In this document: one piece after another, positions 17,040-26,914 of the stretch
How positions within the stretch are numbered: the first letter of the stretch is position 1
How the letters are laid out: every line of letters begins with the position of its first letter
Assembly (NCBI GenBank): GCA_002347265.1
Contig: DDYB01000011.1
Coordinates: forward strand, 93,331 to 157,330
Direction of reading: 5' to 3'
DNA: 64,000 nt
DNA from: Desulfobacteraceae bacterium UBA2245
Lineage (GTDB): Bacteria; Desulfobacterota; Desulfobacteria; Desulfobacterales; UBA2245
Translations under genes and position numbers: made by a program
Notes under the pieces: generated by a model
Databases searched by the model: none
The model's input: the letters and a program-made list of their open reading frames with translations, nothing else
What the model was told of the DNA's origin: nothing

Positions 17040-17270
17040 TTACCTCCCCGCCTGAGCACGTTCCATGGCAATCCGCTCCTCAAGTCCATCCAGAATCCCT
17101 TCCACTTCCGCCTCGCATCCCGGAGCAATATTCAGAACAACCATTCCGCGATCCGGATCCAGCGTCGTCATGGTGGCCACGCCGTCACTGGCTTCCAGCA
17201 CAAACCGCAAAAACGCAATCCCCGATCTGTCGACACGCATATATTTTCGAATGGTTTTCACTGTTTTCAA
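17040..17270 (-). CDS. DUF4911-like small protein
   Basis: YMRVDRSGIAFLRFVLEASDGVATMTTLD resembles the DUF4911 pattern. TTG start at 17270 (alternative ATG at 17240). Confidence 0.55.
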   Translation of the reverse strand: MKTVKTIRKYMRVDRSGIAFLRFVLEASDGVATMTTLDPDRGMVVLNIAPGCEAEVEGILDGLEERIAMERAQAGR

Positions 17271-17448
17271 TTTCTCCCTGCCGCCCGAAGATACTACCTT
17301 TTTCTACCTAACACCAATGCGAAGGCCGTTCAACAGAAAATTCCCGGCCCTTCGCGGGCGGAATGCTCCGGTCGAAGGCCTGATCTCATGCAGCGGCCGA
17401 TACGACCCGGTATTGCTCAAATTTCCGGAATGCGCTATAGGGCTTTTG

Positions 17449-19158
17449 ATGAAAAAACAATGGATAACCGCCCGGGTCGACCCGAAAACAATTCATGCGC
17501 TGGCTCAGGAACTGGGCTGTTCGCCCGTTCTGGCGACCCTGCTGCATAACCGGGGGCTGAATGCTGAGACGGCCGGAGAATTTCTTCACCCCTCACTGAG
17601 TCAGCTGAGCTCACCGCATTGCCTCAAGGACATGGATATTGCGGTCGAACGCATCGCCCGCGCCATTTTCGCGCAAGAATCCATCATGGTATTCGGAGAC
17701 TACGATGTCGACGGCATATCGGCGGCGGTTCTGCTCTTTGAATTTCTTAAGGCCTGCAACGCCAGGGCATCCTATCATATCCCCCATCGCATCGAAGAAG
17801 GCTACGGACTTAAATCGGACCATGTGCTTCGGTGGGCCGGTGAAAATCCGCTCGACCTGATCATCACCGTGGATTGCGGTTCGGCCAGTCATGAAGCCGT
17901 CCAGACCGCCCGGTCCCTGGGCGTCGATGTGATCATCACCGACCATCATGACCCGGATGAAACGCTTCCCGACGCGCTTGCCGTCATCAATCCAAAACGC
18001 AGAGACGATCCGTCGAATCTGGAACATCTGGCCGGCGTGGGGGTGGCCTTTTATCTTCTGGCCTGTCTGCGAAGCTATCTTCGCAAGTCAGATTTCTGGG
18101 CAAACGCTGCCGAACCCAACCTGAAAGACGGTTGCGACCTCGTGGCCCTGGGTACCATCGCCGACGTCGTGCCCATGATCCGGGAAAACCGCATCCTCAC
18201 ACGAGCCGGACTTGAGGTGATCGGCGCGGGAAACCGCCCCGGAGTTCAGGCTCTGCTTGAATCCTGCGCGGTCAAAACGCATCCGGAGGCCGGGGATGTC
18301 GCCTTTCGCCTGGCCCCCCGGCTCAATGCCGCCGGGCGAATCGCCCATGCGAAAACGGCGGCCGAACTGCTTCAAGCCAGGGATCTTCAAGCGGCCCGGA
18401 TGACGGCCGCGGTTCTGGAACACCTCAACATTGAACGCCGTCAGATCGAAAGAAGGGTTTTTGACGACATCCTCAGCCGCCTGGAAAACAAGCCGGCGCT
18501 GATGGGCGCCTTCAGCCTGGTGCTGGAAGGATCCGACTGGCACCCCGGCGTCATCGGCATTGTTGCCGCCAGACTGGCGGAGCATTTTACCAGGCCCGTG
18601 GTGCTGATCGTATCGGGAAGCGGACCGGCCAGAGGTTCGGGACGAAGCGTTGCCGGCATCGATCTGCACCGGATTCTGTCCGAGTGCCGTCAGGACCTGG
18701 CAACCTTCGGCGGACACCGGCAGGCCGCCGGCCTGACCATTGACGGCAACAAGATCGATCGGTTTCGAATCCATTTCGACCGGGCCGTCCAGCAGGCCGC
18801 CGCTCCCGGCAGCTTCCTGCCGACCGGCCGAATCGATTGCGAACTCAAATTCCAGGCCATCTGCGATCGGCTGCTGAACGACCTCGAACAGCTTCAGCCC
18901 TTTGGACCGGAAAACCCTGAACCGATCTTTGCGGCAAAAAACGTCAAAGTGGTGTCCTCCCGAATTGTCGGCCGAACCCATCGCCGCATGGCGCTTCTCC
19001 AGACATCGGACAGCGGCGGTCAGGTCATCGATGCCGTTGATTTCCATATCGATCCGGGCGTTCCCGCTCCCGCCGGCTTCGAGCAACTCGTATTTCGACT
19101 CCAACGCAACCGGTGGAACGGACGGTGTTCTCCCCAGATCATCCTTGAGAAAACATAG
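17449..19158 (+). CDS. recJ: single-stranded-DNA-specific exonuclease RecJ
   Basis: DHH motifs (VFGDYDVDGISA, ITVDCG, ITDHHDP) and DHHA1 (GGHRQAAG). ATG at 17449 preferred to the 17065 extension. Confidence 0.9.
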   Translation: MKKQWITARVDPKTIHALAQELGCSPVLATLLHNRGLNAETAGEFLHPSLSQLSSPHCLKDMDIAVERIARAIFAQESIMVFGDYDVDGISAAVLLFEFLKACNARASYHIPHRIEEGYGLKSDHVLRWAGENPLDLIITVDCGSASHEAVQTARSLGVDVIITDHHDPDETLPDALAVINPKRRDDPSNLEHLAGVGVAFYLLACLRSYLRKSDFWANAAEPNLKDGCDLVALGTIADVVPMIRENRILTRAGLEVIGAGNRPGVQALLESCAVKTHPEAGDVAFRLAPRLNAAGRIAHAKTAAELLQARDLQAARMTAAVLEHLNIERRQIERRVFDDILSRLENKPALMGAFSLVLEGSDWHPGVIGIVAARLAEHFTRPVVLIVSGSGPARGSGRSVAGIDLHRILSECRQDLATFGGHRQAAGLTIDGNKIDRFRIHFDRAVQQAAAPGSFLPTGRIDCELKFQAICDRLLNDLEQLQPFGPENPEPIFAAKNVKVVSSRIVGRTHRRMALLQTSDSGGQVIDAVDFHIDPGVPAPAGFEQLVFRLQRNRWNGRCSPQIILEKT

Positions 19159-19199
19159 GGCGGACATATTGCAATAGTTGCGCCAGCCGAATATTTTTC

Positions 19200-19228
19200 T
19201 TGCAATTTACGATTTCGGACTTTATGAT
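19200..19228 (+). promoter_or_regulatory. sigma-70-like promoter (TTGCAA-N17-TATGAT)
   Basis: Read directly from the sequence, ~58 nt upstream of the ATG at 19286. Confidence 0.35.
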
Positions 19229-19285
19229 GCCGGCGGAAAAAACAGCGGTTCTTTAATCTTTTACATACACAAAAAGGGTTGTTTT

Positions 19286-19708
19286 ATGGCGAAGGTTTTT
19301 CGGCCAAGCACGCGAGAATCAAGTATTTTATCAAAGATTGAATCCTCAAAGGAACATATGCGCCGGAAAGCCATCAACAGCGTTCGGGATTGTCAGGAAA
19401 CCCTGAGCAATGCCGTGGCCATGAAACTGATTGAATCCGGATTGATTGAAACCGTCAATAAAGGCGCCATTGAAGAACAGATCGGTTTCTGCCTCGAAAA
19501 GCTGACGCGTTCGGACGATTTTGATATTGATTATCAGATGGCGCCGTACAGAAATCTGGTTCCCAATCCGAATGTCGTCGGTTTGTATCTGACGGCTTTT
19601 GTCGTTGAAAAGCTCATCAGCCACAAGGATGTGGTGGATATTTACGGTTCCGATGAAGAAATCTATTATTGCATCAATCAACAGGTCAAAAAATTCATCC
19701 CCGAATAA
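19286..19708 (+). CDS. hypothetical protein (140 aa)
   Basis: ATG at 19286 (MAKVFRPSTRESS…). The stop overlaps the next start (TAATG). No motif recognised. Confidence 0.5.
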   Translation: MAKVFRPSTRESSILSKIESSKEHMRRKAINSVRDCQETLSNAVAMKLIESGLIETVNKGAIEEQIGFCLEKLTRSDDFDIDYQMAPYRNLVPNPNVVGLYLTAFVVEKLISHKDVVDIYGSDEEIYYCINQQVKKFIPE

Positions 19709-20694
19709 TGCGCCCGCTGTTTCACCCGCGGCCGGTCAACGGCCCCTTTGATGATCCCGGACTTTACATTTCCTTTCTCTTCGACCGCAGAGCCCTGATG
19801 TTCGATCTGGGCGACATTCATGCCCTGTCCGCCCGGGAAGCGCTCAAGATCTCCCATGTCTTTGTCACCCATGCCCACATGGACCATTTCAACGGCTTTG
19901 ACCGGTTGCTGAGGCTGTGCCTGGGGCGCCGGAAAGACCTATATCTTTACGGGCCCGAAGGATTCCTTAAAAACGTGGAAGGAAAGCTCGCCGGCTACGC
20001 ATGGAACCTGGTGAACGGGTATGAAAACATTCTGAACCTTTATGTCGCGGAGATTCATGAAAAGCACCGGATCACACGAAAATATTCCAGCGGCAGGCGT
20101 TTTGCCGCAGACGGCGAGGTCCGATCGGATTTTCACGGAACACTTTTAAAAGAAACCGGTTTTTCGGTGTCGGCGGCGATCCTCGATCATCAGATCCCCT
20201 GTCTCGGCTTCAGCCTGGAAGAACATTTTCATGTCAATATCCGCGGCGAGGTCCTGGATTCCCTGGGATTTTCAACCGGTCCCTGGCTTCAGGAATTCAA
20301 ACAGGCGCTCTACGCCGGCAGCACGGCCGGCGAGATTCAGGTTCCCGGACAATTCGAACCGTTCCGCATCCAAGAACTTGCCGAAAAAATCGCCATCATC
20401 TCCAGGGGGCAGAAGATCTCCTATGTGGCTGATGCGGGCTTTCACAGCGATAATGCCGAAAAAATCATCGCGCTGACCCGGGATTCGGACGTCCTGTTTA
20501 TCGAGGCCGCCTTTCTGGAAGCGGACCTGCCGCAGGCGAGGAGGAAATTTCATCTTACGGCCGCTCAGGCCGGAATGCTCGCGGCCCAAGCCGGCGTCAG
20601 ACGGCTGGAGGTGTTCCATTTTTCGCCGCGCTATTCCGGAAATGAAAACGCCCTGAGAGACGAGGCCCGCAGAACGTTTGAGAACCCTGCATAA
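19708..20694 (+). CDS. MBL-fold hydrolase, ribonuclease Z/BN-like
   Basis: HxHxDH motif (VTHAHMDHFNG) and C-terminal HLTAAQAG…FHFSPRY typical of RNase Z-type MBLs. Start is coupled to the upstream ORF. Confidence 0.7.
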   Translation: MRPLFHPRPVNGPFDDPGLYISFLFDRRALMFDLGDIHALSAREALKISHVFVTHAHMDHFNGFDRLLRLCLGRRKDLYLYGPEGFLKNVEGKLAGYAWNLVNGYENILNLYVAEIHEKHRITRKYSSGRRFAADGEVRSDFHGTLLKETGFSVSAAILDHQIPCLGFSLEEHFHVNIRGEVLDSLGFSTGPWLQEFKQALYAGSTAGEIQVPGQFEPFRIQELAEKIAIISRGQKISYVADAGFHSDNAEKIIALTRDSDVLFIEAAFLEADLPQARRKFHLTAAQAGMLAAQAGVRRLEVFHFSPRYSGNENALRDEARRTFENPA

Positions 20695-20830
20695 AATGAC
20701 GTTCCGAATTCTGAAAGATTGTTTCTTTGCGCCCTGCCGCGTCCCGACCAGCCGGCAAAAAGCCTTTCCACAAATTTGAGTTATTGTCGTTCAGGACGAA
20801 AACCGCCCGGCCGCTGGCGGATCACTCAAC

Positions 20831-21970
20831 TCAGGCCATGTAAAATGCCCTTATCCGGTCTACCACATAGGCCTGCTGGTCTTCTGTCAGATCCGGATAA
20901 ACGGGAAGGGCCAGGGTGCTTTGAGCGGCTTTTTCGGACTCGGGAAAATCTCCGGGCCGGTATCCGAGGTCTGAAAAGCACGCCTGTAGATGCAGCGGCA
21001 CAGGATAATAGATTTCGTTTCCAACACCCGCTTCGGATAAAAACCGGCGCAATTCATCCCGTCCTTCGGAAACCCGGATCACAAACTGATTGTAAATATG
21101 CCGGCTTTGATTTTCCAGAGGAAGCCGGACCCGGTCCATCAGCCCGGCGGATTCAAAGAGCTCCCGGTACCGGGCCGCATTTTGCTGCCGCTTCCAGGTC
21201 CAGGCATCCAGATACTTGAGCTTGATCGATACAACGGCCGCCTGCAGAGCGTCGAGCCGGAAATTGCCGCCGACAAACTGATGGTAGTATTTCTGCTGGG
21301 CGCCATGGTTTCGAAGGGTGCAAAGTCGTTCAAACCGCTCCGCATCCTGGGTGGTGACCATGCCCCCGTCCCCGAAAGCACCCAGATTTTTGGAAGGAAA
21401 AAACGAGAAACATCCGAAATCCCCGATGGATCCGGCGCGACGTCCCTGATATTCGGCGCCGATGGCCTGAGCCGCATCCTCGATAACCACGAGGCGGTTC
21501 TGCCGTGCGATTCGAACAATCGGCGCCATCTCGGCGCACTGACCGTACAGGTGGACCGGAATCACGGCCCGCAGGCTGCTGCGCTCCGCATCCGTCATTC
21601 GGTCAATTTGAAGCGCCAGTTGTTCCGGATCGATATTGTATGTCTGCGGGTCGATATCGACGAATACAGGCTTAGCTCCGGTCCTGACCACGGATCCGGC
21701 GGTGGCAAAAAACGTATACGGGGTGGTGAGCACGCCGTGACCCGGTCCGATGCCGCAGGCCATCAGGCAGAGCAGCAGGGCATCGCTGCCCGAGGAAACG
21801 CCTACCGCATGAGCGCTTTGGCAATAGGATGCAATCCGCGTTTCCAGCCGCTGCACCCAGGGTCCCAGAATAAACTGCTGGCTTTCGTAAATCTCCTCGG
21901 TCACGCTGAGGATCTCTTCTTTAAGCAGCTGGTACTGCGGTTTCAAATCCAACAAAGGCACATTCATCAT
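20831..21970 (-). CDS. DegT/DnrJ/EryC1/StrS family sugar aminotransferase
   Basis: N-terminus VPLLDLKPQY, plus TPYTFFAT and the PLP-lysine block FSFFPSKNLGAFGDGG. Confidence 0.85.
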   Translation of the reverse strand: MMNVPLLDLKPQYQLLKEEILSVTEEIYESQQFILGPWVQRLETRIASYCQSAHAVGVSSGSDALLLCLMACGIGPGHGVLTTPYTFFATAGSVVRTGAKPVFVDIDPQTYNIDPEQLALQIDRMTDAERSSLRAVIPVHLYGQCAEMAPIVRIARQNRLVVIEDAAQAIGAEYQGRRAGSIGDFGCFSFFPSKNLGAFGDGGMVTTQDAERFERLCTLRNHGAQQKYYHQFVGGNFRLDALQAAVVSIKLKYLDAWTWKRQQNAARYRELFESAGLMDRVRLPLENQSRHIYNQFVIRVSEGRDELRRFLSEAGVGNEIYYPVPLHLQACFSDLGYRPGDFPESEKAAQSTLALPVYPDLTEDQQAYVVDRIRAFYMA

Positions 21971-22008
21971 GTTTGACTTTCATAAGAAATTAATCGCCAC
22001 AGTCCTGC

Positions 22009-23364
22009 TCACCGAATCTCCACCTGAACGATGCTCGCAGGATTCTTTTGACGGTTGGAAACAAAAACCGGGGTGGTTCCGACAAAGCTGGCGCTCTGCC
22101 CCTTGGTGAGCACCCTCTCGGAGCCGGCGATTTTAAACTGAACCGTTCCGCCGGCAACCATCACATGAACCAGCGAGGCGGCCTGAGCCTCCAGGCGGAT
22201 CGAAGCCCCCGGATCAATCGCCAGACGAAGAATGGTGACGGATTCGCTTTCATTCACCGTGGTCCGGCTTCCCCAGGGCGTATGCTCGGTGACATGAACG
22301 TAGTATTCCCTGCGATCTCTTTGTTTCAGCGCCGCCACGATATCTTTGACATCCCGGCTTTCTTCCATTCCGGAAACAAACACGCAATCCATCGTTTCCA
22401 CAATCACCAGGTCCGAGACATGATGGGTTGCAATCAAACGTTGATCGCCGCGGATCAGGCATCCCCGGGTGTCTTTTGAAATCACATCGCCGCTGAAAAC
22501 ATTCCGATTCTCATCCTTTGGCAGAAAATCATACAATGATTTCCAGGATCCGATGTCGCTCCAGCCGAAGTCCGAAGCCAGGACCACGGCCTTTTCGGTC
22601 TTTTCCATGATCGCACGGTCAATCGAAATACCCGCAAGATCGGCATAGGCTTTATCCGACGGCCCTTCATTCTCAAGGGCCGACCGCATCTTTTCAAGCA
22701 GCTCCGGGCAGTGGCGCTGAAACTCATCCATCATCACCGAGGCTTTAAAAGCGAACATGCCGCTGTTCCAGAAAAAATTACCCGCCTCTATATAGGCCTG
22801 CGCCGTGTCGCGATCCGGTTTTTCGACAAACCGCCGGACCTTCGAAGCCCCTTCTTCAATGCAGGCCCCGGTTTCAATATATCCGTATCCGGTCTCCGGA
22901 CAATGCGGCGTGATGCCGAAGGTGACAATGTGTCCCTGCCGCGCCAGAGAAACAGCCGATGCAAGCCGCTGTTGAAACCCGCTGACATCCTCTATCACAT
23001 GATCGGCCGGGAATATGCATACCACCGCATCCGGTTCCTGCCTGAGAATGTGAAACAGGGCCAGTAAAACGGCCGGCGCCGTATTGCGGCCGCAGGGTTC
23101 GGAAATGATCCTGCCCTCGGCCCTGATGCCGATCCCCTCCATGTGCCGCGCCATCTCGTGCGCATGCTCCCGGCCGCAGACAACTCTCATCCGCTCGAGT
23201 TCGAGGACCGGCGCCAGCCGTTTGATCGTGTTTTGCACCAGCGAATCCCCGCCGATAAACTTCACGAGCTGCTTGGGCTGCCTGTCCCTGGAAACCGGCC
23301 ATAAACGGGTTCCGCTGCCGCCGGCCAGCAATACCGCATAAACCGGCAGTTGATCATCCGCCAT
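22009..23364 (-). CDS. manC: mannose-1-phosphate guanylyltransferase/mannose-6-phosphate isomerase
   Basis: LLAGGSGTRLWPVSR nucleotidyltransferase N-terminus and cupin-type C-terminus. The ATG at 23364 with SD GGAGG overlaps the dnaE stop by 11 nt. Confidence 0.88.
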   Translation of the reverse strand: MADDQLPVYAVLLAGGSGTRLWPVSRDRQPKQLVKFIGGDSLVQNTIKRLAPVLELERMRVVCGREHAHEMARHMEGIGIRAEGRIISEPCGRNTAPAVLLALFHILRQEPDAVVCIFPADHVIEDVSGFQQRLASAVSLARQGHIVTFGITPHCPETGYGYIETGACIEEGASKVRRFVEKPDRDTAQAYIEAGNFFWNSGMFAFKASVMMDEFQRHCPELLEKMRSALENEGPSDKAYADLAGISIDRAIMEKTEKAVVLASDFGWSDIGSWKSLYDFLPKDENRNVFSGDVISKDTRGCLIRGDQRLIATHHVSDLVIVETMDCVFVSGMEESRDVKDIVAALKQRDRREYYVHVTEHTPWGSRTTVNESESVTILRLAIDPGASIRLEAQAASLVHVMVAGGTVQFKIAGSERVLTKGQSASFVGTTPVFVSNRQKNPASIVQVEIR

Positions 23365-26300
23365 TTGAAAACCTCCTTCGGTTGGCGTTCCCGCCCTTTG
23401 CCGCAGAATGAATCGCATCCGCAGCGGGCCGGCATCGGGTTTCAAGCGCATCAGAGCCCAGCAGGCCATTGATTTCCCGATGCAGCGCAGCGCCGACCTT
23501 GAGCCGGCAGACATCCGGCAGACTCACAATGGTCTCGGTCCGGCCGGGGTCTTTCAGGTGCATATAGACATCGCAGGTTCCCGGATATTTAGAGAATATT
23601 TCTTTAAGGCGCAGAAGCATTTCACGCCCGGCACGGGAAACATCCACCTTCACATGAACGCTGGCCGTCCAGGTCTCTTCGGCCTTGTCCATGGAAATCA
23701 CGGTATCGGCCAGCAGCTTGACGCTGTTTTCCTCTTTTTGAATCCGGCCCTGAATCAATATGGGGGAATCATCCACCAGCAAGTCCCGTGCAGCGGCAAA
23801 AACCGATGAGAAAACGGTCGCCTCGATTGAACCGTTCAGATCTTCCAGGGTGACGAACCCCATGATCTCCTTTTTTTTGGTCTGAATGGTTTTGACATGT
23901 CCCACAAGGCCCCCGATTCTCACGGCTTCCCCGTCGGCTTTTTCCCGGATCGTCAGAGAATCCGCATTGGTGAATTTTTCCAGCGTATCGCGGAATCTGG
24001 CCAGCGGGTGTCCGGAAATATAAAACCCCAGGGATTCCTTCTCAAATGCGAGTTTCTGATTCGAGTCCCATTCGGCGATATCGGGAAGCGGGGGAATATT
24101 CAAGGCCGCCAGGTCCTGATCCGCATTGTCAAACAACCCCATCTGGGGATCGATCCTTTCCTTCTGAACCCTCTGCCCGTGGTCCAGGGCATCGTCCAGA
24201 ATGGCGATCAGCTGTGAACGCCGGGCTCCGGTAGAGTCAAAAGCCCCGCATTGAATCAGGCCTTCAAGTACCCGCCGGTTGACCTTGCGCAGGTCCACCC
24301 GCTCGCAGAATTCGAATAATGAGCCGAATTTTCCCTGGTTGCGCGCTTCGACAATCGCGTCAATGGCCCCTTCCCCCACGTTTTTCACCGCCACCAGCCC
24401 GAAGCGGATGCCGGATCCGGCAACGGTGAAAGTTTTTCCGCTTTCGTTGATGTCCGGGGGGAGAACCGGAATTCCATGATCCCGGCACTCGCCGATGAAT
24501 TTGACCACCCCGTCGGTGGAATGCATTTCGCTGGTCAGCAGGGCGGCCATGAATTCAACGGGAAAATGGGCCTTGAGATAGGCGGTTTGAAAGGCGATCA
24601 GGGCGTAGGCGGCGCTGTGAGATTTGTTGAATCCGTATCCGCTGAACTTTTCTATCAGGTCAAAAATCGTCGCCGCCTTGTCCGTGGAAATATGGTTTTT
24701 CTCGGCGCCGGTTACGAATTTCTCTTTCTGCTTCGCCATGACGTCGGCAAGTTTTTTCCCCATGGCCTTTCTCAGGCCGTCGGCATCGGCCATGCTGAAG
24801 CCGGCCAGGGCTCCGGCGATCTTCATCGCCTGCTCCTGGTAAAGAATGACCCCGTAAGTTTCTTTTAAAATCGGCTCCAGTTCGGGCAGAAGATACTCGA
24901 CTTTCCGGCGGCCGTGCTTCCGCTCGACGAAATCATCCACCATTCCGCTTCCCATCGGTCCGGGACGGTACAAGGCCACCAGCGCGGTAATTTCGTCAAA
25001 TCGTTCGGGTTTCAGACGGATCAGGAGATCCTTCATCCCCGAACTTTCAAGCTGAAATACGCCCGTCGTATCCCCGGCCGACAGCAACCGGTAGACATCC
25101 GGATCGCTGAAATCCAGATCGGCCATATCCGGCGGCGTTTTTCCCTGAGCGGATATCAGCGAAAGCGCGTCTGCAATCACGGTGAGGTTTCTCAACCCCA
25201 GAAAATCGAATTTGACCAGCCCGATTTTTTCCACGATCTTCATGTCGAACTGGGTCACCACCTCGCCTTTTTTGCCGCGATACAGGGGCAGGTATTCCAC
25301 CAGCGGCTTGTCGGCGATCACCACTCCGGCGGCATGGGTGGATGCATGACGGGGGAGCCCTTCCAGGACGCGGCATATGCTGATCAGATCCGCAACCTCG
25401 GGTTTTTCCTCGGCCATCTGAGCCAGGCGGGGTTCCTGCTTCAAAGCGGCATCCAGGCCGATGTTGAGAACGTCGGGAACCATTTTGGCGATGGCGTCCA
25501 CCTGGGCCAGAGGAATTCCCAGAGCCCGGCCGACATCGCGGATCACGAGCCGCGTCTTGAGTTTTCCGAAGGTGATGATCTGCGCCACGTAATCGCCGCC
25601 GCCGTATCGGTCGACCACGTATTTAAAGACCTTTTCCCGGCCGTTGATGCAAAAATCCACGTCAATGTCCGGCATGCTGATCCGGGCGGGATTCAGGAAG
25701 CGTTCAAAAATCAGTCCGTGAACCAGCGGATCCAGATCGGTGATTCCAAGACAATAGGCGACCAGGCTTCCGGCCGCCGACCCCCGGCCGGGTCCGACCG
25801 GAACGCCGTTCTCCTTGGCATACCGGATAAAGTCGGCGACGATCAGAAAATAGCCGGGAAATCCCATCTGGTTGATCATGGCGATCTCATAATTCAGACG
25901 CTCTTCATAAGCCGTCCGGTCCGCCAGGGGATTCCTCGCCAGTATCCGCCGCCATATGTTTTCAAATCCTTCTCTTGTCTGTTTCTCGAAGATCGCCTCG
26001 GGAACCAGACCGGAGTCATCTTCGAATTTCGGGAAATGGTAGGTTTTAAAATCAAAGGAGACATCGCATCGATCGGCAATAGCCCCGGTGTGTTCGATCG
26101 CGCCGGCAAATCGCCCCAGCTCGGAGATCATCTGTTCCGGAGATTTGAAATACAGCTGATCGGTCGGGAATTTAAACCGATCCGTGTCGTGAATGGTTTT
26201 TCCGGTCTGAATGCACAGCAGAACGTCGTGGGCCCGGACATCCCCCTTGTCCAGATAGTGACAGTCATTGGTGGCTACCAGAGGAATGGAGAACTGCCGT

Positions 26301-26893
26301 CCGATATCGCACAGAATCTCATTGACCTCGTCCTGAGCCGGAATGCCGTTTTTCTGAAGTTCCAGATAAAAGTTCCCCTCTCCGAACAGCTTTGAGTAAA
26401 AACAAGCGACATCTCCGGCCTTATCCAGGCTGCCTTCCTGAATGGCCATGGGAATCTCTCCGTGAAGGCAGGCGGACAGGGCGATCAGTCCCTCGCTGTG
26501 AGCCTGAAGGAGCTCACGGTCGATTCTGGGACGGTAATAAAAGCCTTCGTTCTGAGCGACGGAGGCCAGCTTGCATAGATTCCGGTACCCGTGCAGATCT
26601 CTGGCCAGGAGCACCAGATGTGACAACCCCTTGGCATCCGCGGGCGTTTTGTCCGTCAGACGCCGGGGCGCGACATAGCATTCGCATCCGATGACCGGCT
26701 TGATTCCGGCCCGACAGGCTGCCTCGTAAAACTCCAGCACGCCGAACATCGTGCCGTGATCGGTAATGGCGACGGCCTTCATTCCGTATTCGGCCGCTCT
26801 CTTCAGCATGGATTCAATGCGCAGAGCCCCGTCAAGCAGGCTGTACTGCGTATGCACATGAAGATGGACGAAACCTGAAATCAAATCACTCAT
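23354..26893 (-). CDS. dnaE: DNA polymerase III subunit alpha
   Basis: 1179 aa. PHP domain (FVHLHVHTQYSLLDG), polymerase core, OB fold. Confidence 0.95.
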   Translation of the reverse strand: MSDLISGFVHLHVHTQYSLLDGALRIESMLKRAAEYGMKAVAITDHGTMFGVLEFYEAACRAGIKPVIGCECYVAPRRLTDKTPADAKGLSHLVLLARDLHGYRNLCKLASVAQNEGFYYRPRIDRELLQAHSEGLIALSACLHGEIPMAIQEGSLDKAGDVACFYSKLFGEGNFYLELQKNGIPAQDEVNEILCDIGRQFSIPLVATNDCHYLDKGDVRAHDVLLCIQTGKTIHDTDRFKFPTDQLYFKSPEQMISELGRFAGAIEHTGAIADRCDVSFDFKTYHFPKFEDDSGLVPEAIFEKQTREGFENIWRRILARNPLADRTAYEERLNYEIAMINQMGFPGYFLIVADFIRYAKENGVPVGPGRGSAAGSLVAYCLGITDLDPLVHGLIFERFLNPARISMPDIDVDFCINGREKVFKYVVDRYGGGDYVAQIITFGKLKTRLVIRDVGRALGIPLAQVDAIAKMVPDVLNIGLDAALKQEPRLAQMAEEKPEVADLISICRVLEGLPRHASTHAAGVVIADKPLVEYLPLYRGKKGEVVTQFDMKIVEKIGLVKFDFLGLRNLTVIADALSLISAQGKTPPDMADLDFSDPDVYRLLSAGDTTGVFQLESSGMKDLLIRLKPERFDEITALVALYRPGPMGSGMVDDFVERKHGRRKVEYLLPELEPILKETYGVILYQEQAMKIAGALAGFSMADADGLRKAMGKKLADVMAKQKEKFVTGAEKNHISTDKAATIFDLIEKFSGYGFNKSHSAAYALIAFQTAYLKAHFPVEFMAALLTSEMHSTDGVVKFIGECRDHGIPVLPPDINESGKTFTVAGSGIRFGLVAVKNVGEGAIDAIVEARNQGKFGSLFEFCERVDLRKVNRRVLEGLIQCGAFDSTGARRSQLIAILDDALDHGQRVQKERIDPQMGLFDNADQDLAALNIPPLPDIAEWDSNQKLAFEKESLGFYISGHPLARFRDTLEKFTNADSLTIREKADGEAVRIGGLVGHVKTIQTKKKEIMGFVTLEDLNGSIEATVFSSVFAAARDLLVDDSPILIQGRIQKEENSVKLLADTVISMDKAEETWTASVHVKVDVSRAGREMLLRLKEIFSKYPGTCDVYMHLKDPGRTETIVSLPDVCRLKVGAALHREINGLLGSDALETRCRPAADAIHSAAKGGNANRRRFSNGG

Positions 26894-26914
26894 AGATCAA
26901 CGCTGAAATCCGAA

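Noticed and set aside
22009-23514. N-terminally extended ORF-track starts: manC at 23514, miaB at 16695, recJ at 17065, plsC at 366, namZ-like at 37885, guaB at 28417 and korA at 36866.
   Set aside because: The extensions overlap upstream genes or intergenic DNA and lack an SD. They add non-homologous Arg/Ser-rich residues ahead of canonical N-terminal motifs. Internal ATGs with good SD sequences were chosen instead.
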